Of a stretch of DNA of 64,000 nt, positions 61,681-64,000 are shown in pieces. The stretch spans positions 65,061 through 129,060 of the forward strand of contig JAVZCB010000004.1 in the NCBI GenBank assembly GCA_038874595.1, given 5' to 3'. Within the stretch, counting starts at the first letter, position 1. Each line of letters opens with the position of its first letter. A model generated the notes under the pieces. The model ran no database searches and was not told the DNA's origin. It worked only from the letters and a program-made list of their open reading frames with translations. Source of the DNA: Candidatus Micrarchaeia archaeon (GTDB taxonomy: Archaea; Micrarchaeota; Micrarchaeia; CAILAH01). Position numbers and translations under genes: made by a program.

Positions 61681-63999
61681 TCAATCAAGCTCAAGCCAGA
61701 ATTCAACAACACCACTACTGCCTTTATACGAATCCAGATTTGATGGGACACGAATATCATAGTTAGGATTCCTTGTGCCATTTATAACACTCACAAATGC
61801 AACATCCTGGTTCACTGTAATATTGAACTCAGGTACCCCCTGTGATGAATCCCATACGATCCCTGTCTTGTAATCTGTTTGTGTTGAGGAGTTTGCAACA
61901 GGTATATAAGGTACAAGACGGCCGTATAGCGATATGTTCTGAGTGTTAAGAGGATTACTACCGTCAGGTGCATAAAGTTTGGTGATGCTGTCCCTCTCAC
62001 CACTCATGTTAAGAAGGATATCTAACTCGTTGAAATCGATTGTTGAGTTTGTGCCTAACGTGCTCCTGCCAAGGGCCACCAAACTTGCCCAATTTATGCT
62101 TGCATCACCGTTTATTGCATACACCTTGCCACCATTCTCCTTTTTCCATAACCACCTGTAAAATACCCAGCTGTCATTCCTCGCCAGGAGTATTGTACCA
62201 CTTACATTACCAAAGAACCTGTGCCATACCCTCGAACAGGTGTATGTACACCCTGAAAGGCCGTTTTCATACCAGTTATACCATCTATCACACCGGTCAT
62301 ATGCTCCCGTGTTTCCATTTTGAAGATTGTTTATGTCCAATGCATTAAAGCATACGGAATTATCAGACAAAGAAATGTTTGTGCTCAAAGCAGATATTTT
62401 GATACCGTTAACACTGCTGCCTATAATGGTGTTGTTAATCAAAGTATTGTTTGAGCTTGTTAAGAAGTTAATGCCATACTGCGATAAGTTGAGCGTGTTG
62501 TTTATCAATACGTTATTGTGCGCTGAACTTAAGTAAACATTTGCTCCACTGTTGTTAATTATCCTGTTCCCGATTATGGTGCTTAAAGAAGTAGATGTTA
62601 TCCTGATCCCGTAGTTTGAGGATGTAACGGTTGAATTAACAATGGTAACATTCCCTGAGATGCCTGCAAAAACCCCAGAATCAGAGCAGTTAGTGAATAA
62701 GCTGTTTTCTATTGATATGTTCTGTGAATTGGTGACTATAAGGCAATCACCAAACGTATCTTTAGAGGTAACATTCCTTGCAAAAACGTTATCGAAACTT
62801 TCAATATATATTCCGTTCTCATCATTGTTGTGTAATAGGTTGTTCGCCAAGTGCGCAGTTGTGCCCAATAATAAATGTATACCATAGAATGTATTATTAA
62901 ATATATGGTTACTTGAGATATTCAAGCCAGAGGAGGCATCGGATAAAAAGCCGCTTATCTCGCTAAGGTATAGTGTATTGTTAAATATCGTAATATCCTC
63001 ACTGCTAAGTGCAAGCATAGCGTAATCATAATTAAGCACATTACAGTTTTTCACTGTCACATTCCTTGATGACTCATCTATGAAAACACCGTATGAAGTT
63101 AAAGTTCCATTATCCTTGATGTAGTAATTATTACAGTCAAATGTTACGTTTTCAGCCTGGATATAAACACATGCATAACCCCCATAGCTCCCTACAGGGT
63201 TCGGTGCACCCGTGTAATTTTGTGTCTGCACATATGTTCCCGGGGAAGTTATAACCGGGCAGTTTGTATTTTCAAGAATAGCATATGTAGATAATGGATT
63301 TATGTTTTTGAGTGAGAGTTGATTGCTAATCACGTTTGGTGTGCTGTTTAGCCGTCTCCACCCAGATGAGTTATATTTCCAAAGCTCAAGCTCTTGTTCG
63401 TTATACCCAGATAACTCGCTATCAAACCATCTCCACGTTATTTTATCTATGTTCACCACACCGCCTTCAGGTGTTATGTTTACATACTTATTCATGAAAC
63501 TTCTGGTATGGGACGGCAAAGCAGATGGCTGGCCTGACCACTTTATACCATAAGCCTCTTCGAAAAGGAGATTGCCATAAATATCCTCTATATCTAAAAC
63601 CGTATAATTCTGATAGTTGCCAGAGGGATTATCTATAGTCAAATTCAAAATGCTAAGATTATACAATTGATTATCATCAGCGCTAACAAGAAGGTCAAAT
63701 TGTTGGTTGTTGTAAAGATGAGTGTTTTTAATGCGTATGCGATCGGAAACAAAAACTAATATACCAATGTTGCTGTTGTATATATCACTTTGGGTTATGT
63801 TGGTTGATATAGTATATTGTAGTTGGATACCATATTGCGTGTTGTTCCCAAATATATTGTTAATCAGTTCATTAAATGACGAGGAAATCGAATCGTAACC
63901 TATTGAGTTGTTGTAGATACTGTTATTAATAAAATATATGTTAGCCGCAGAATAAAGGAAATACCCGATTGAATTGTTATGCACTGTATTGTTAATCAC
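61681..63999 (-). CDS. Parallel beta-helix (NosD/CASH-like) surface protein, N-terminus outside window
   Basis: Many N-N-T-I/GI-x-L repeats, Asn-rich with NxS/T sequons; ORF runs off the window edge. Confidence 0.85.
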   Translation of the reverse strand: MINNTVHNNSIGYFLYSAANIYFINNSIYNNSIGYDSISSSFNELINNIFGNNTQYGIQLQYTISTNITQSDIYNSNIGILVFVSDRIRIKNTHLYNNQQFDLLVSADDNQLYNLSILNLTIDNPSGNYQNYTVLDIEDIYGNLLFEEAYGIKWSGQPSALPSHTRSFMNKYVNITPEGGVVNIDKITWRWFDSELSGYNEQELELWKYNSSGWRRLNSTPNVISNQLSLKNINPLSTYAILENTNCPVITSPGTYVQTQNYTGAPNPVGSYGGYACVYIQAENVTFDCNNYYIKDNGTLTSYGVFIDESSRNVTVKNCNVLNYDYAMLALSSEDITIFNNTLYLSEISGFLSDASSGLNISSNHIFNNTFYGIHLLLGTTAHLANNLLHNNDENGIYIESFDNVFARNVTSKDTFGDCLIVTNSQNISIENSLFTNCSDSGVFAGISGNVTIVNSTVTSSNYGIRITSTSLSTIIGNRIINNSGANVYLSSAHNNVLINNTLNLSQYGINFLTSSNNTLINNTIIGSSVNGIKISALSTNISLSDNSVCFNALDINNLQNGNTGAYDRCDRWYNWYENGLSGCTYTCSRVWHRFFGNVSGTILLARNDSWVFYRWLWKKENGGKVYAINGDASINWASLVALGRSTLGTNSTIDFNELDILLNMSGERDSITKLYAPDGSNPLNTQNISLYGRLVPYIPVANSSTQTDYKTGIVWDSSQGVPEFNITVNQDVAFVSVINGTRNPNYDIRVPSNLDSYKGSSGVVEFWLELD

Positions 64000-64000
64000 A

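Overview
Core-genome window of an archaeon. The gene set and style suggest DPANN, most like Micrarchaeota; this is inferred from the split rpoB, Methanococcus-type S-layer, AMP phosphorylase/R15P isomerase pair, unlinked 5S rRNA, Cys-rich lipoproteins and multi-intron tRNAs. It carries the rpoH-B''-B'-A'-A''-L30e-nusA-S12-S7-EF2 cluster, polB, ftsZ-secE-spt5-L11, oapABC, gatE, argS, dph2, carS, lower-glycolysis genes, MscS/MscL and several envelope proteins. The most unusual signals are non-coding. All four tRNA genes are interrupted (six introns). Three of them carry an intron at the same T-loop position, 59/60. The tRNA-Gln intron holds an exact 28-bp hairpin direct repeat. tRNA-Ser is preceded by an unassigned ~170-nt structured RNA and followed by a second copy of its 3' exon. 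On the protein side, a 2229-aa membrane protein, a Cys-rich lipoprotein and a half-inactivated disulfide oxidoreductase form an apparent operon, and a stand-alone small basic two-repeat protein is a candidate nucleic-acid-binding protein. No integrase, transposase, cas gene or CRISPR array was recognised. All calls come from reading motifs by eye; no searches were run.
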